This document shows, in pieces, positions 18,108 through 28,069 of a stretch of DNA of 64,000 nt. Positions within the stretch are counted from its first letter, which is position 1; each line of letters starts with the position of its first letter. Source of the stretch: an uncultured Rikenellaceae bacterium (GTDB lineage: Bacteria; Bacteroidota; Bacteroidia; Bacteroidales; VadinHA17); the NCBI GenBank assembly GCA_964595725.1, contig CAZQRQ010000011.1, forward strand, positions 7,065 through 71,064. Reading direction: 5' to 3'. A model generated the notes under the pieces. The model saw nothing but the letters and a program-made list of their open reading frames with translations, made no database searches and had not been told where the DNA came from. The position numbers were made by a program, and so were the translations under genes.

Positions 18108-21100
18108 TTAGAAGTCCAGGCTAAATGACAGATAGAAAACTCTTGGCAGTATATATTTATTCTCAATTCCCCATGCAAAATCGGCTCTCACAAAATATCC
18201 CATCAGCATAGCGCGAAGACCTGCCCCAAATCCGGCTACAATCGGGTCCCTGTTGGTATCAAGAGTGACTACAATTGGCCCGTTTCTTATTACTTCCGTA
18301 TCATAGGCGTTATCACTATTCCAGGGAGACCTGCCGGTCCATGCTGTTCCGATGTCTCCAAATCCCACTATCTGCAGGCTGTTAAGAAGATTAGACCTGA
18401 GCGGGTGCCCTGCAAAATACCTGATGAATGGCCATCTTATTTCACTATTGATTAGGGCAAAACTGGTTCCGTTCCGGATGTTCTGGCTGAATCCTCTCAT
18501 GTTTGTGGCAAGTGCCTGGAAACCATAGTTATAGTTCTGGTTTACAGGTATTGTATTGTCAAACATTGGTATTTTATTGAAGAGGTATCCCATCCAGTTA
18601 TCCACTCCACCCATATAATAGATTAGCTTTGTTGGCCCGTACGATGCACTGGCAGCAAACCGATTGGCCCAGATAAGTTCTCGATGGATCTTGAGATAAT
18701 GTCTGAAATCTGCTCCAATGACTATCATGTCGGAGTTTTTAACCGATACTTCCTTATAGTATTCACCGAATATCTTGAATCTCGTTCCGTAATAGATATT
18801 GATTGTCCTTTTGCGGGTGTTATCATAAATTATTTCGCCCTTCAATCCGAGCCAGTGTCTGTTAATATCTTTTTCGGCCAGAGTGGCAGGATCGGAAGAA
18901 AGTGTCACGTACTTATCATACCGGTAGGTCACAGTACCCTTTAGTGCCAATACGGGAGAAAATGGTCTTGAGTATGATAGGTAAAAATTATCACTGTGAA
19001 TCTTATAAAGGCTCTGTTCGTTAGAACTGAAAAATGACTGCCTGTGGTAAACAAGCTGTTTATCGAATTTTCCCATTAGGTTCTCAATGCTCAGAAGGAT
19101 TTCATTACTGTCGAAATTCCCTGCAAACCTGAATCCACCTGTTACTTTATAGTTCTCGAACAGGTCAAGAGTACCTATTCTTGTGAAAAGATTAACACCT
19201 GGATTGAAGTATGGAGCTCCTCCATTATAAGCCTGGTAAGAGTTGTTGAGAAAGCTGAAGTCAATCTGGTTTGCAATATAGTTGTTATAGAAAGACGGTT
19301 CATAAATACGGATAAGAGGAAGATCCAGTTCCCCTGTATCGAGGTCTATATCCATATAGTCCTGTCTCCACAGCTGTTCATAATAATTTTGCTTTTCTTT
19401 TTCAAATATATAATGGCTGAAATCAATGGGCTCGTCCTTTATATAATACTCATACAGTGGCTTGGTCAGAGTGTCCCTCCTTTTCCTGTCCTCTTCAAGG
19501 AGCCACTGGCGGATCTGCTCAATTGAATCTGCCCTGTGCAGAAGTTTTTCCTGCTCCTTTCTGAATGAGCTTACAACTAGATCATTCTGATCAATGGGAC
19601 CTGAACCGGACGTATTCCCTTTTCGGAGATAGTACCTGCCATTGTCAAATAAAACCTCACCGTAGGTATCTGAGGCGTTTATATAATCGTGCCTGATCAC
19701 GTTCCGGTCATAATTTGTGACAGGATTTGACTTTATGAAATAGCGATAGTGAGTTGTGGTGTCTATGAAGCTGATGGAACTGTCAAATCTGGCAATATAT
19801 CTGTTAAAAATGCCGTTATTATTTCCCAGGTAACTGAGGCTTGCCTTGCTGTTGCTCACTGTCTGGAACCTGTCAACATACATGCCTTCTGTAAGTCTTG
19901 TCAGCAGATTACCCCGTTTGCTGAGGTTATAGGTGAAAAGGTCAAAATTAGAGGAGAGTCTTTCAAAAGGATCAGCATTATTGAGCAAAGTGTCTGTAAG
20001 ACGATTTGAGGAGAATATTATTTCATCACTGGTGCTTTTTACAAATGATGGATACAGGTCGTCTGCCAGATCCCTTGTTATCTGGTCATTTGTCCCTGAG
20101 GCAATAGTGTGGATGTATATGTCGGTGATTCCATCCTTAACAGCTGAGAAAATCAGCCTGGTACCCTCAGGTGAATATGAAAAATCCAGGACCTTATCGA
20201 AGTATAAAAGAAGCCTGTTTTCGGTGGTCTTTTCATCTGTCCTGAAGAAGTATAGTCTGAGGTTCGCCTTTTCTTCATTTATGAAAGTAAGGATCCTGCT
20301 GTTGGGATGCCATGCAAGAACAGGATAGGTGTTATCAGTCTTATGTTCATATTTCGGATCTGTCCTGAAGACGATCTTCGATTTGCCGGTTTCCTGGTCG
20401 TACACCCATATCCTCTTTCTTCCCCAGTCATTGGTAACCCAGGCTATGTACCTGCTGTCCGGGCTTATTTTCACCTGCTGGTATATCTGTTCCTTCCTGG
20501 CTTTTTTAAAGATATCCCCGTCGTTTGAAGGTTTATTATTGTCACCGGAGAACTCATCCAGGTAGTACTCCTGCCACTCTTTAAGCAGGTCTTTAAGGTC
20601 CTGTCCGATAACATATAGGAAGCCGTCATTAATATTCTTGTAGATTTTTGTCAGGTATATTATGTTTGGAATCAGTGCATCACCGTATTGTTTTGCAAGG
20701 AATCTCCAGAATGACTGGCCGGCATAGATTGCGTCGTCATATTCAAGGTGGTTGATTTTTTTATATTTGCCGCTCTTAAAACCATCTTTGGCCCTGTTTT
20801 CTGCATCATAATCCCAACCGAATGCCACGTAATTGATCAGCCCTTTGAAATACCAGTCGGGCATATTAACAGTTGATGAGCTGGAGGTCCGGTCTTTCAG
20901 ATCGGCGTTAGCCATCATCTCATTTATTATTGCTTCTGCTATTGAGGCTGCTATCTGTTTTTCATATGCGACATGGTCACCTTCGTAATAGAGCATAACT
21001 TTATTCTTGATAAGCCTGCTATAACCTCCAAGATTATAGTCGTCGTCAGCAAAAGTTACAAGACCTATGTTTGATTGTTTGTACTCTGCCTGCTTATTGA

Positions 21101-21389
21101 AGATTATGAATATCAACCTTTTCTCAAGATTATAGTCGAAGTAATCCTCTATTTCAGCGAGTTTTTTAATTCCATAATCAGCTGTGAACTGGGCCAGTTC
21201 CCTACCGTTTTCATTGAAATAGCAATCTATGTCCTCGAACCTGTAAAATGACCAGTAATAATCGTAATACTGAACCCTGTTTTTCCCGAAATTCATCTGC
21301 AGCCCGTTATAAAACTGTGCATCCATAACTATCATAATGGATGACATAATGCAAAAGAATATCACTTTCAGGATGGTATTTCTGAACAT
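18108..21389 (-). CDS. Omp85/BamA-superfamily barrel protein with N-terminal peptidase-like domain and PD40/TolB-like beta-propeller
   Basis: Signal peptide from ATG 21389; SPD/SPE propeller repeats; NMRGF loop-6 motif, F.DIG, GFGAGLR, RADFAWG, C-terminal DF. Confidence 0.75.
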   Translation of the reverse strand: MFRNTILKVIFFCIMSSIMIVMDAQFYNGLQMNFGKNRVQYYDYYWSFYRFEDIDCYFNENGRELAQFTADYGIKKLAEIEDYFDYNLEKRLIFIIFNKQAEYKQSNIGLVTFADDDYNLGGYSRLIKNKVMLYYEGDHVAYEKQIAASIAEAIINEMMANADLKDRTSSSSTVNMPDWYFKGLINYVAFGWDYDAENRAKDGFKSGKYKKINHLEYDDAIYAGQSFWRFLAKQYGDALIPNIIYLTKIYKNINDGFLYVIGQDLKDLLKEWQEYYLDEFSGDNNKPSNDGDIFKKARKEQIYQQVKISPDSRYIAWVTNDWGRKRIWVYDQETGKSKIVFRTDPKYEHKTDNTYPVLAWHPNSRILTFINEEKANLRLYFFRTDEKTTENRLLLYFDKVLDFSYSPEGTRLIFSAVKDGITDIYIHTIASGTNDQITRDLADDLYPSFVKSTSDEIIFSSNRLTDTLLNNADPFERLSSNFDLFTYNLSKRGNLLTRLTEGMYVDRFQTVSNSKASLSYLGNNNGIFNRYIARFDSSISFIDTTTHYRYFIKSNPVTNYDRNVIRHDYINASDTYGEVLFDNGRYYLRKGNTSGSGPIDQNDLVVSSFRKEQEKLLHRADSIEQIRQWLLEEDRKRRDTLTKPLYEYYIKDEPIDFSHYIFEKEKQNYYEQLWRQDYMDIDLDTGELDLPLIRIYEPSFYNNYIANQIDFSFLNNSYQAYNGGAPYFNPGVNLFTRIGTLDLFENYKVTGGFRFAGNFDSNEILLSIENLMGKFDKQLVYHRQSFFSSNEQSLYKIHSDNFYLSYSRPFSPVLALKGTVTYRYDKYVTLSSDPATLAEKDINRHWLGLKGEIIYDNTRKRTINIYYGTRFKIFGEYYKEVSVKNSDMIVIGADFRHYLKIHRELIWANRFAASASYGPTKLIYYMGGVDNWMGYLFNKIPMFDNTIPVNQNYNYGFQALATNMRGFSQNIRNGTSFALINSEIRWPFIRYFAGHPLRSNLLNSLQIVGFGDIGTAWTGRSPWNSDNAYDTEVIRNGPIVVTLDTNRDPIVAGFGAGLRAMLMGYFVRADFAWGIENKYILPRVFYLSFSLDF

Positions 21390-21653
21390 ATACTGAGAAT
21401 ATATTGTCGATCTCTTCCTGTTCAAATTCTGTTCCAAAGTAAACGGGTTTGATAGCAAAACTAAGATATTCTGATATAAATTATTTAAAAAAGGCATAAA
21501 CTTTATTATTTTTGACGCTGGTATCGTGGCAAAAAAAATCGGTTCGATTTTTGCATGCTATAATGCAACCAATAGAACATTATTTTTGTTTTGTATATGT
21601 AATTAGGATATTCAGTTTATTTTGAACAATAATTCGATAAAAATATCAGAAAA

Positions 21654-22742
21654 ATGAAGAATTTAGTTTTATCCGGAATGTTTATGCTTCTTGCTGTGAC
21701 ACTAGCTGCTCAGCCACAGATCAAGCTTTCGACCACAGAACATGATTTTGGCGTATTCAAGGAAGAATCCGGTAGACAAACTTACAATTTTGAGGTGACA
21801 AATTCTGGAGATGCCCCTCTGGTTATCCAGAATATTGTAGCATCGTGCGGCTGCACCGAGCCGGTGTGGACAAAAAGTCCAATTCCACCCAGCGGTAGGG
21901 GTGTGATTACAGCGATATATGATCCATCAAACAGGCCAGGCCCCTTTAATAAGACTCTTACAGTGCATTCTAACGGTAAACCTGAAGTTCTTGTCCTTGT
22001 AATTAAAGGAGAGGTTACTCCCAGGGAGAAGACCATCGAGGAAATATACACATGGCCGGTAGGAACAGTCAGGTTCGAAAGCAATCACCTGGCTTTTACC
22101 ACTATTAAGAAGACCGAAAAAAAGATCCGTGTGATGCCGATAATCAATCCTTCAGAGGAACCAGTGAAGATTGAATTTGAAGGCCTTCCGGAGTTTCTGC
22201 AGTTAAAATCGAACCCGGAAACCCTGAGACCGGGGCAAAAAGGTATTATCGAGGGTACCTACGATGCAACCAGGAATCCGAGTTGGGGAACTGTAAGCAA
22301 CATGATAAGAGTAAAACTTAACGGGGAGGTTCAGCAGAACGGCTATTATTACGTTTCTGCTAACCTGGTCGAGGATTCTTCGGGATTATCAAAAGAGGAG
22401 CTTCTTAATGCACCGGTGTTTAAAATAGCATCAACCACCGTCGACATTGGCAAGATGGAACAGGCAACAACCAGGGATGTGGAATTCAAGTTCACTAATG
22501 AAGGTAAGCGCGACCTTATAATCAGGAATGTTCGTTCAACCTGCGGATGTACAGCAGTACAGCAGGGCACCAGCAATACTATAAGACCAGGTGAATCGAG
22601 TTCTATAAAGGCAACATTCAATTCCGGTGGCTATAACGGAAGGGTTACCAAAGCTATATATGTCTATACAAACGATCCAAAGAATTCTGAAGTAATCCTT
22701 ATGCTGAATGCCGAGGTCACACCAAAGGATCAGGGCAAATAA
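21654..22742 (+). CDS. DUF1573 repeat exported protein
   Basis: Signal peptide; repeated HDFG...F...N.G..PL.I..(I/V).(A/S)(S/T)CGCT Ig-like units. Confidence 0.88.
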   Translation: MKNLVLSGMFMLLAVTLAAQPQIKLSTTEHDFGVFKEESGRQTYNFEVTNSGDAPLVIQNIVASCGCTEPVWTKSPIPPSGRGVITAIYDPSNRPGPFNKTLTVHSNGKPEVLVLVIKGEVTPREKTIEEIYTWPVGTVRFESNHLAFTTIKKTEKKIRVMPIINPSEEPVKIEFEGLPEFLQLKSNPETLRPGQKGIIEGTYDATRNPSWGTVSNMIRVKLNGEVQQNGYYYVSANLVEDSSGLSKEELLNAPVFKIASTTVDIGKMEQATTRDVEFKFTNEGKRDLIIRNVRSTCGCTAVQQGTSNTIRPGESSSIKATFNSGGYNGRVTKAIYVYTNDPKNSEVILMLNAEVTPKDQGK

Positions 22743-23838
22743 GTCAATTGCCGGAGATGAAACAGGGCGCGACGCACTGAGTGTCAGGGAAGGCATTGTT
22801 GCGCCTCCGAACATAAATCCTGATATATTAAATCAAATAACAGGCAGAAAGAAGAAGCACTACTCTGTTGAAGAATATATTGAAGGTGTTCTGAGCGGGA
22901 ACCGTACTATTCTCAGCCTGGCAATCACACTGCTTGAAAGTTCAAACAAAAAGCATTTCAGAATAGCCCAGGATGTAATAGAGGGCTGTCTTCCACATAG
23001 CGGAAAATCTGTCAGGATAGGGATCACAGGAGTGCCGGGGGCAGGGAAAAGCACTTTTATCGAAACCTTTGGAAAGCATATTACCGGTTCAGGCAGGAAG
23101 CTCGCTGTTCTTACTATAGATCCGAGCAGCAGCAGGACAAGGGGAAGCATCCTTGGTGACAAGACAAGGATGGAAAATCTCAGTGTGGATCCTAATGCTT
23201 TCATAAGACCATCTCCTTCGGCAGGAACACTCGGTGGTGTTGCAAGAAAGACAAGGGAGACGATAATACTGTGCGAAGCAGCAGGCTTCGACACAATAAT
23301 TGTTGAAACTGTGGGAGTTGGCCAGTCTGAAACAGCAGTATCATCGATGGTGGATTTTTTCCTTCTGCTGATGATAACAGGTTCAGGTGATGAGCTGCAG
23401 GGTATAAAGAGGGGCATCATAGAAATGGCTGATACAATTGCAATTAACAAAGCTGACGGTGAAAACATACTTGAAGCGCAAAAATGTACCGTGGAGTTCA
23501 GAAATGCCCTGCATCTGTTTTATTCACCATCCACCGAATGGGAGCCCAGGGTGCTGACCTGTTCGGCAAAGGAAGACAACGGGGTAAGAGAAATATGGAA
23601 ATCCGTCTGCGATTTTGAAAAATCAGCAAAGGAATCTGGGTTTTTTGAGCGGAGGAGAAAGTATCAGGCTATTTCGAGAATGCATGATGCCATCATAGAG
23701 AATCTTAAGGATTCATTCTATGGCAATCCGGAAATAACAAAACTGATCCCCGAACTGGAAAAGGACCTGCGAAATGGCAAAATAACATCTTTCAATGCAG
23801 CTTCAATCCTGCTTAATAAATATCATAAAAGGGATTAG
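22708..23838 (+). CDS. meaB: Methylmalonyl-CoA mutase-associated GTPase
   Basis: GITGVPGAGKST, DPSS....GSILGDKTRM, RPSPS.GTLGGV, ETVGVGQSE, DELQGIKRG, NKAD. Confidence 0.95.
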   Translation: MPRSHQRIRANKSIAGDETGRDALSVREGIVAPPNINPDILNQITGRKKKHYSVEEYIEGVLSGNRTILSLAITLLESSNKKHFRIAQDVIEGCLPHSGKSVRIGITGVPGAGKSTFIETFGKHITGSGRKLAVLTIDPSSSRTRGSILGDKTRMENLSVDPNAFIRPSPSAGTLGGVARKTRETIILCEAAGFDTIIVETVGVGQSETAVSSMVDFFLLLMITGSGDELQGIKRGIIEMADTIAINKADGENILEAQKCTVEFRNALHLFYSPSTEWEPRVLTCSAKEDNGVREIWKSVCDFEKSAKESGFFERRRKYQAISRMHDAIIENLKDSFYGNPEITKLIPELEKDLRNGKITSFNAASILLNKYHKRD

Positions 23839-23855
23839 TTGCATGTAAATATTAA

Positions 23856-23863
23856 TATATTTG
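23856..23863 (+). promoter_or_regulatory. -7 promoter box (TATATTTG) for the TlpA-like gene
   Basis: Matches TAnnTTTG upstream of ATG 23913. Confidence 0.55.
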
Positions 23864-23912
23864 AACCAGTATATCTAACTGATTATTTATTTGAAAACCA
23901 TTCTGGAATATT

Positions 23913-25028
23913 ATGAGAAGATTACTATACTTAATCATTTTAACAGCTGTTGCTGTTTCCTGCACATCTAAAGAACCTCACTACGTTATAAACGGCAAAA
24001 TTGAAGGAGCAGACAGTGTGACATTTCTTCTTCAGAAAAGAGAATCAGGGAATTATGTAAAACTGGATTCAGCAACCGTTGTTAACGGTGAGTTTACAAT
24101 CAAAGGAGGAAAAGTTGATTACCCTCAGATTGTATATCTTATGCCTAAAGGCCTCAGGGGAGGCTTGACATTTTACCTGGAGAATTCTTCTATCACGATA
24201 ACAGGTCATATTGATTCTCTTTATGCTGCCAGGATAAAAGGTTCCAAGACACAGGATGAAGTGGTAGAACTAACAGGTCAGATTGACCCTATCAATGATA
24301 GAATTTCCGGGCTTATTGGGGAATATCGTACAGCACAGAGTGAGAACAATGATTCCAGGATGACTGAGTTAGAGAATCAGATAAATGACCTGTATGATGA
24401 AACAGACAGGGTAAAGCTGGAATTTGTAAAGCTACATCCTTCATCCTTTTATGCAGCTACTCTGCTCTCAAGTATGAGCTATTCAATGGAGGCTGGTGAA
24501 TTAGAGGAACTGATTAATGCAATGGATACTGCAGTTTCAAGCAGCAAACCGGTGATGGAACTAAAGGCGCGTGTTGAAGTTATGAAGACAGTGTCCGTTG
24601 GGAAGAAAGCACCTGATTTCACAATGAATGATGTCAATGATAATCCTGTTTCACTTTCATCGGTTATAGGCAAGTCAAAGCTACTCCTGATCGATTTCTG
24701 GGCTTCATGGTGCGGACCCTGCAGGCAGGAGAACCCAAACGTTGTAAAAGTGTGGCAGGAATATAACCGAAAAGGCTTTGATGTATTCGGTGTGTCACTT
24801 GACAGGCCGGGCGCCAGAGAAAGCTGGATAAAGGCAATCAGGGACGATAATCTGACCTGGACACAGGTCTCAGATCTACAGTACTGGGATTGTGCAGCAG
24901 CAAAACTATATGCTGTTTATGCAATACCTGCTAATTTCCTTCTGGATGAGACCGGTACAATTATTGCGCGTAACCTGCGGGGAGATGATCTTCACAATAA
25001 AGTGAAGGAAATTCTTGATGCACAATAG
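23913..25028 (+). CDS. TlpA/ResA-like thiol-disulfide oxidoreductase lipoprotein (DUF4369 N-domain)
   Basis: Lipobox AVSC; IDFWASWCGPCRQENP thioredoxin active site; AIP.NFL.D..G.I. Confidence 0.92.
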   Translation: MRRLLYLIILTAVAVSCTSKEPHYVINGKIEGADSVTFLLQKRESGNYVKLDSATVVNGEFTIKGGKVDYPQIVYLMPKGLRGGLTFYLENSSITITGHIDSLYAARIKGSKTQDEVVELTGQIDPINDRISGLIGEYRTAQSENNDSRMTELENQINDLYDETDRVKLEFVKLHPSSFYAATLLSSMSYSMEAGELEELINAMDTAVSSSKPVMELKARVEVMKTVSVGKKAPDFTMNDVNDNPVSLSSVIGKSKLLLIDFWASWCGPCRQENPNVVKVWQEYNRKGFDVFGVSLDRPGARESWIKAIRDDNLTWTQVSDLQYWDCAAAKLYAVYAIPANFLLDETGTIIARNLRGDDLHNKVKEILDAQ

Positions 25029-25058
25029 CATTTTCAAGCGAGATATTTATACAGAACT

Positions 25059-25088
25059 GGGCTGTTGATACCTGATATTCAACAACCC
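25059..25088. terminator. Probable terminator hairpin between convergent genes
   Basis: GGGCTGTTGA...TCAACAACCC stem with one mismatch, followed by a T-rich tract. Confidence 0.5.
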
Positions 25089-25111
25089 ATTATTTTTTAT
25101 GCTTATTATTT

Positions 25112-25798
25112 TTAATCTTCGTTATTTGCTGATTTCTCCTCCAGGATGAACCCGGTTCCCCTCACAGTGCGGATGTCAATACCCTTATCCTCGGATATGT
25201 ATTTTCTTAACCTGCTGATAAAAACATCCATGCTTCTTCCGAGGAAATAATCGTCCTCACCCCAAATCTCTGTCAGAATATCTTCACGGGCAAGCATCTT
25301 GTTCCTGTTGATGATGAAGTATCTCAGCAGCTGTGCTTCTTTAAGTGTAAGCTTTTCTTTTCTCTTGCCGCAGGAAAGTTCCAGCGTATTGAACTTGAGG
25401 GTAGTATTGGATATATGGTAATCGTCGTTCACAGATGAATAGACTCTGTTAAGGATGTTGTTGATTCTCAGGATCAGGACCTCTGGATCAAATGGTTTTG
25501 TTATATAATCATCAGCCCCCAGCTTTAGACCTTTAACAATATCCTCCTTCATACTCTTAGCTGTCAGAAAAATAAAAGGCATATCCGGATTTGCCTGTTT
25601 GATCTTCTCAGCCAATGTGAATCCATCCATCTCCGGCATCATGATATCCAGGACGCAAATATCCGGTTTTTCGGCATTAAAAAATTCCCATGCCTCCTTC
25701 CCGTCATGGGCCAGTGTAACTTCGAAACCGCTAATACTAATATACTGGCTGAGGATATTCCCGAAATCCCTGTCGTCTTCTGCAATTAACACCTTCAT
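25112..25798 (-). CDS. OmpR/PhoB family response regulator (RprY-like)
   Basis: AEDD, LDIMMPEMDG, FLTAK, GADDYITKPF receiver; winged helix with WG.DDYF.GRSMDVFISRLRK. Confidence 0.95.
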   Translation of the reverse strand: MKVLIAEDDRDFGNILSQYISISGFEVTLAHDGKEAWEFFNAEKPDICVLDIMMPEMDGFTLAEKIKQANPDMPFIFLTAKSMKEDIVKGLKLGADDYITKPFDPEVLILRINNILNRVYSSVNDDYHISNTTLKFNTLELSCGKRKEKLTLKEAQLLRYFIINRNKMLAREDILTEIWGEDDYFLGRSMDVFISRLRKYISEDKGIDIRTVRGTGFILEEKSANNED

Positions 25799-25813
25799 AT
25801 CAACTGATTTAAA

Positions 25814-27214
25814 TTAATATGGTATTGTAACTGTAAATATACTACCTTTTCCGGGTTTACTTGTCACATTTACATCACCTCCATGTGCTTCAGCAATTCT
25901 TTTAACATAATAAAGTCCCAGTCCAAGTCCTTTTGTTTTATGTATATTACCTGATGTCACCCTGTAAAACTTATCGAATATATGCTTCTGGTGATTTCTT
26001 TCTATTCCGATGCCATTATCGCTGATACTTATGAAAATGTTATCCTTGTCCTTACTTCCATTTATTTCTATTACAGGATCATTGGATGCGTACTTGACTG
26101 CATTCGACAGGAGATTGTTAATCATGGTGGTGAAGTAAACAACATCAATATTAGCCTTTACATTGCCGAGAGTGTATTTTTGAGTGATCGCTGCACAATT
26201 ATTACAGCCTGACCTGAAACTGTCGACGATATCATTCATCAGTTCCTCGATATCAACCGTCTTTTTATCGAGCTGGAACTGTGTTCTTTCCCACATGCTT
26301 ATTTCCAGGATCAGGTTGATGAGCTGGTTAAGGTGAACGCTCTGTTTGCCGATCAACCTTGCCGTTTCAAATACTTTGGTGTCATCAACACGTATCTTCT
26401 CCATCTCCAGCGTTTTACCGGCAACAGTAATTGTCGACAAAGGTGTTTTAAGCTCGTGAGTCATATTGTTTATGAAATCAGTTTTCAGGTTGGAAAGTCT
26501 TCTTTCTTCAATAAGATTTCTGATTGCTATCATAAAAATAATGACCACTACCAGTATGCTTATTGAACTAAGGGACAATGATGCGGCCATTTCTCTCAAA
26601 ACCATCTTCTGTTTTCCTGAGAAATCGATATAATAGTCAAAGTTCAGTATATAGTAGTTATCCTCTCTCAGGAATCTTTTAACAAGAATACGTGAGGTGA
26701 TCTTCTGTCCGTTGGTTTCTGATTCCGGAAGGATAATATCAGGATTTTTCTTGTAATCTTCAGGGAACGGGTAAATATCAATCTTTCTGTCGAAGTCGAT
26801 CAATTGAAGTGAATTGATGACTATCTGGAAGGAGAAATCACTCTCAAAACCATGTGCATCAAAATAATCCGCCAGCATCTTGTCAAGAGTCTGCAGGGCA
26901 TTCAGCAGCTTTCTGACCGCATTATAGGAATCGATCCTAAGCTTTGCAAGATCAAGGTCATTTTGCACTTTTGAAATATCCTGGGTCATTACTTCACCCG
27001 ACCATTGATTTACTGCATCAAGGGCATTCTCAAAGCCATCAGTGTTATTGAGACTGGTGAATTGTTCCATCGCCTCCTGGGAAAGAGCCTTATATTTAAG
27101 GTCGAACATCAGGCCTTTTTCAAGCCAGATATCCTTAATAATAAAGATCTGGACAGCGATAAGCAGCAGTATCGCTCCAATTCCCGGAATAAGTATCGTG
27201 TTCCTCTTCTTCAT
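25814..27214 (-). CDS. Membrane sensor histidine kinase
   Basis: Two TM segments flanking a periplasmic domain; H-box THELKTPL, NLLSNAVKY, DNGIGI, IFDKFYR, GLGLGL. Confidence 0.95.
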   Translation of the reverse strand: MKKRNTILIPGIGAILLLIAVQIFIIKDIWLEKGLMFDLKYKALSQEAMEQFTSLNNTDGFENALDAVNQWSGEVMTQDISKVQNDLDLAKLRIDSYNAVRKLLNALQTLDKMLADYFDAHGFESDFSFQIVINSLQLIDFDRKIDIYPFPEDYKKNPDIILPESETNGQKITSRILVKRFLREDNYYILNFDYYIDFSGKQKMVLREMAASLSLSSISILVVVIIFMIAIRNLIEERRLSNLKTDFINNMTHELKTPLSTITVAGKTLEMEKIRVDDTKVFETARLIGKQSVHLNQLINLILEISMWERTQFQLDKKTVDIEELMNDIVDSFRSGCNNCAAITQKYTLGNVKANIDVVYFTTMINNLLSNAVKYASNDPVIEINGSKDKDNIFISISDNGIGIERNHQKHIFDKFYRVTSGNIHKTKGLGLGLYYVKRIAEAHGGDVNVTSKPGKGSIFTVTIPY

Positions 27215-27263
27215 TTACTTTACAAATATCTTAAAAATATTCATTTCATTATCATTCCGTGAG

Positions 27264-27292
27264 GATTAACCCAACATTAACCCTGCATTAAC
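27264..27292. promoter_or_regulatory. Three phased direct repeats (G/C)ATTAAC, 11-bp period; candidate OmpR-family binding site
   Basis: ATTAAC at 27265, 27276 and 27287, between the divergent HK-RR operon and the exported-protein gene. Confidence 0.65.
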
Positions 27293-27350
27293 AAAATACT
27301 GGTATAATGGGGTGTATCTTTACATTGTCAACCAAATAAAAGAGGCAGTC

Positions 27351-28013
27351 ATGAAAAAAGTTGTTTTTATAATAATAGGAGTTTTTCTGGTCTCAGCTGT
27401 TCTATTCTCCCAGCAGACAAATACACAGGAGAAGACCCAGCAGGAGAAAGAAAAAGAGGCCAAGCTTCAGCAGATTATTGATCAGCAGAAGAAGGCAATG
27501 AAGGAGCAGGAGATGAGAACACAGGAAATAGAACAGGCACTGCGTGAGAGTGAAAGGAATGCTTCCAGGAGCGGTGACGCCATGGATTCTTATATGAGGT
27601 CTTCCAGAACAAGATCGTCAGGAAATTATGAGCCTTTCATTGTCACTCCGAATATGAATTTCCAGTTTTTTGGCGGTGGGAGTGACTCTGAAAGAACGAC
27701 CTGGGATTTTACCCGCAATGTCAAGGAATCAACATTTTCCAAGCAGTACTCATTTGAAGTCGAGAAGAGTGTCGGGAATGTTGTGATGTCAGTCACAGGT
27801 GATTGTAAGGCAGGTGAAATAAGGGTACAAATAATAATGCCGGGAGGCAAGACTTATTCGGATATACTCATCGACGAGTTCGGCAATCTGAACTGGCGTA
27901 AGTCATTTAAGATATCTGATGAAGAGAATACTGACAAAACCGGTGAATGGCTCTTCAAGATCAATGCTAAAGATGCAAGCGGGTATTTCAGGATTTTTCT
28001 CCAGACTTTCTGA
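27351..28013 (+). CDS. Hypothetical exported protein (coiled-coil N-half, beta-sandwich C-half)
   Basis: Signal peptide from ATG 27351; Q/E/K-rich helix, then beta-rich G.W...I domain. Confidence 0.75.
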   Translation: MKKVVFIIIGVFLVSAVLFSQQTNTQEKTQQEKEKEAKLQQIIDQQKKAMKEQEMRTQEIEQALRESERNASRSGDAMDSYMRSSRTRSSGNYEPFIVTPNMNFQFFGGGSDSERTTWDFTRNVKESTFSKQYSFEVEKSVGNVVMSVTGDCKAGEIRVQIIMPGGKTYSDILIDEFGNLNWRKSFKISDEENTDKTGEWLFKINAKDASGYFRIFLQTF

Positions 28014-28028
28014 TTTTTCATTCCTATT

Positions 28029-28061
28029 AAAAGAGGCTGGTCCTTTTGGCCAGCCTCTTTT
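28029..28061. terminator. Bidirectional intrinsic terminator
   Basis: AAAAGAGGCTGG...CCAGCCTCTTTT, perfect 12-bp outer stem between convergent genes. Confidence 0.9.
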
Positions 28062-28069
28062 GTTTTCCC

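Noticed and set aside
21390-21497. 36-aa N-terminal extension of the Omp85-like ORF
   Set aside because: A signal peptide fits ATG 21389, and a -7 box (TAGTTTTG, 21456-21463) lies inside the extension
21390-21653. Longest intergenic gap; checked for tRNA, riboswitch and small ORF, including the short hairpin at about 21529-21556
   Set aside because: AT-rich with divergent promoter boxes only; no cloverleaf, conserved riboswitch core or credible ORF
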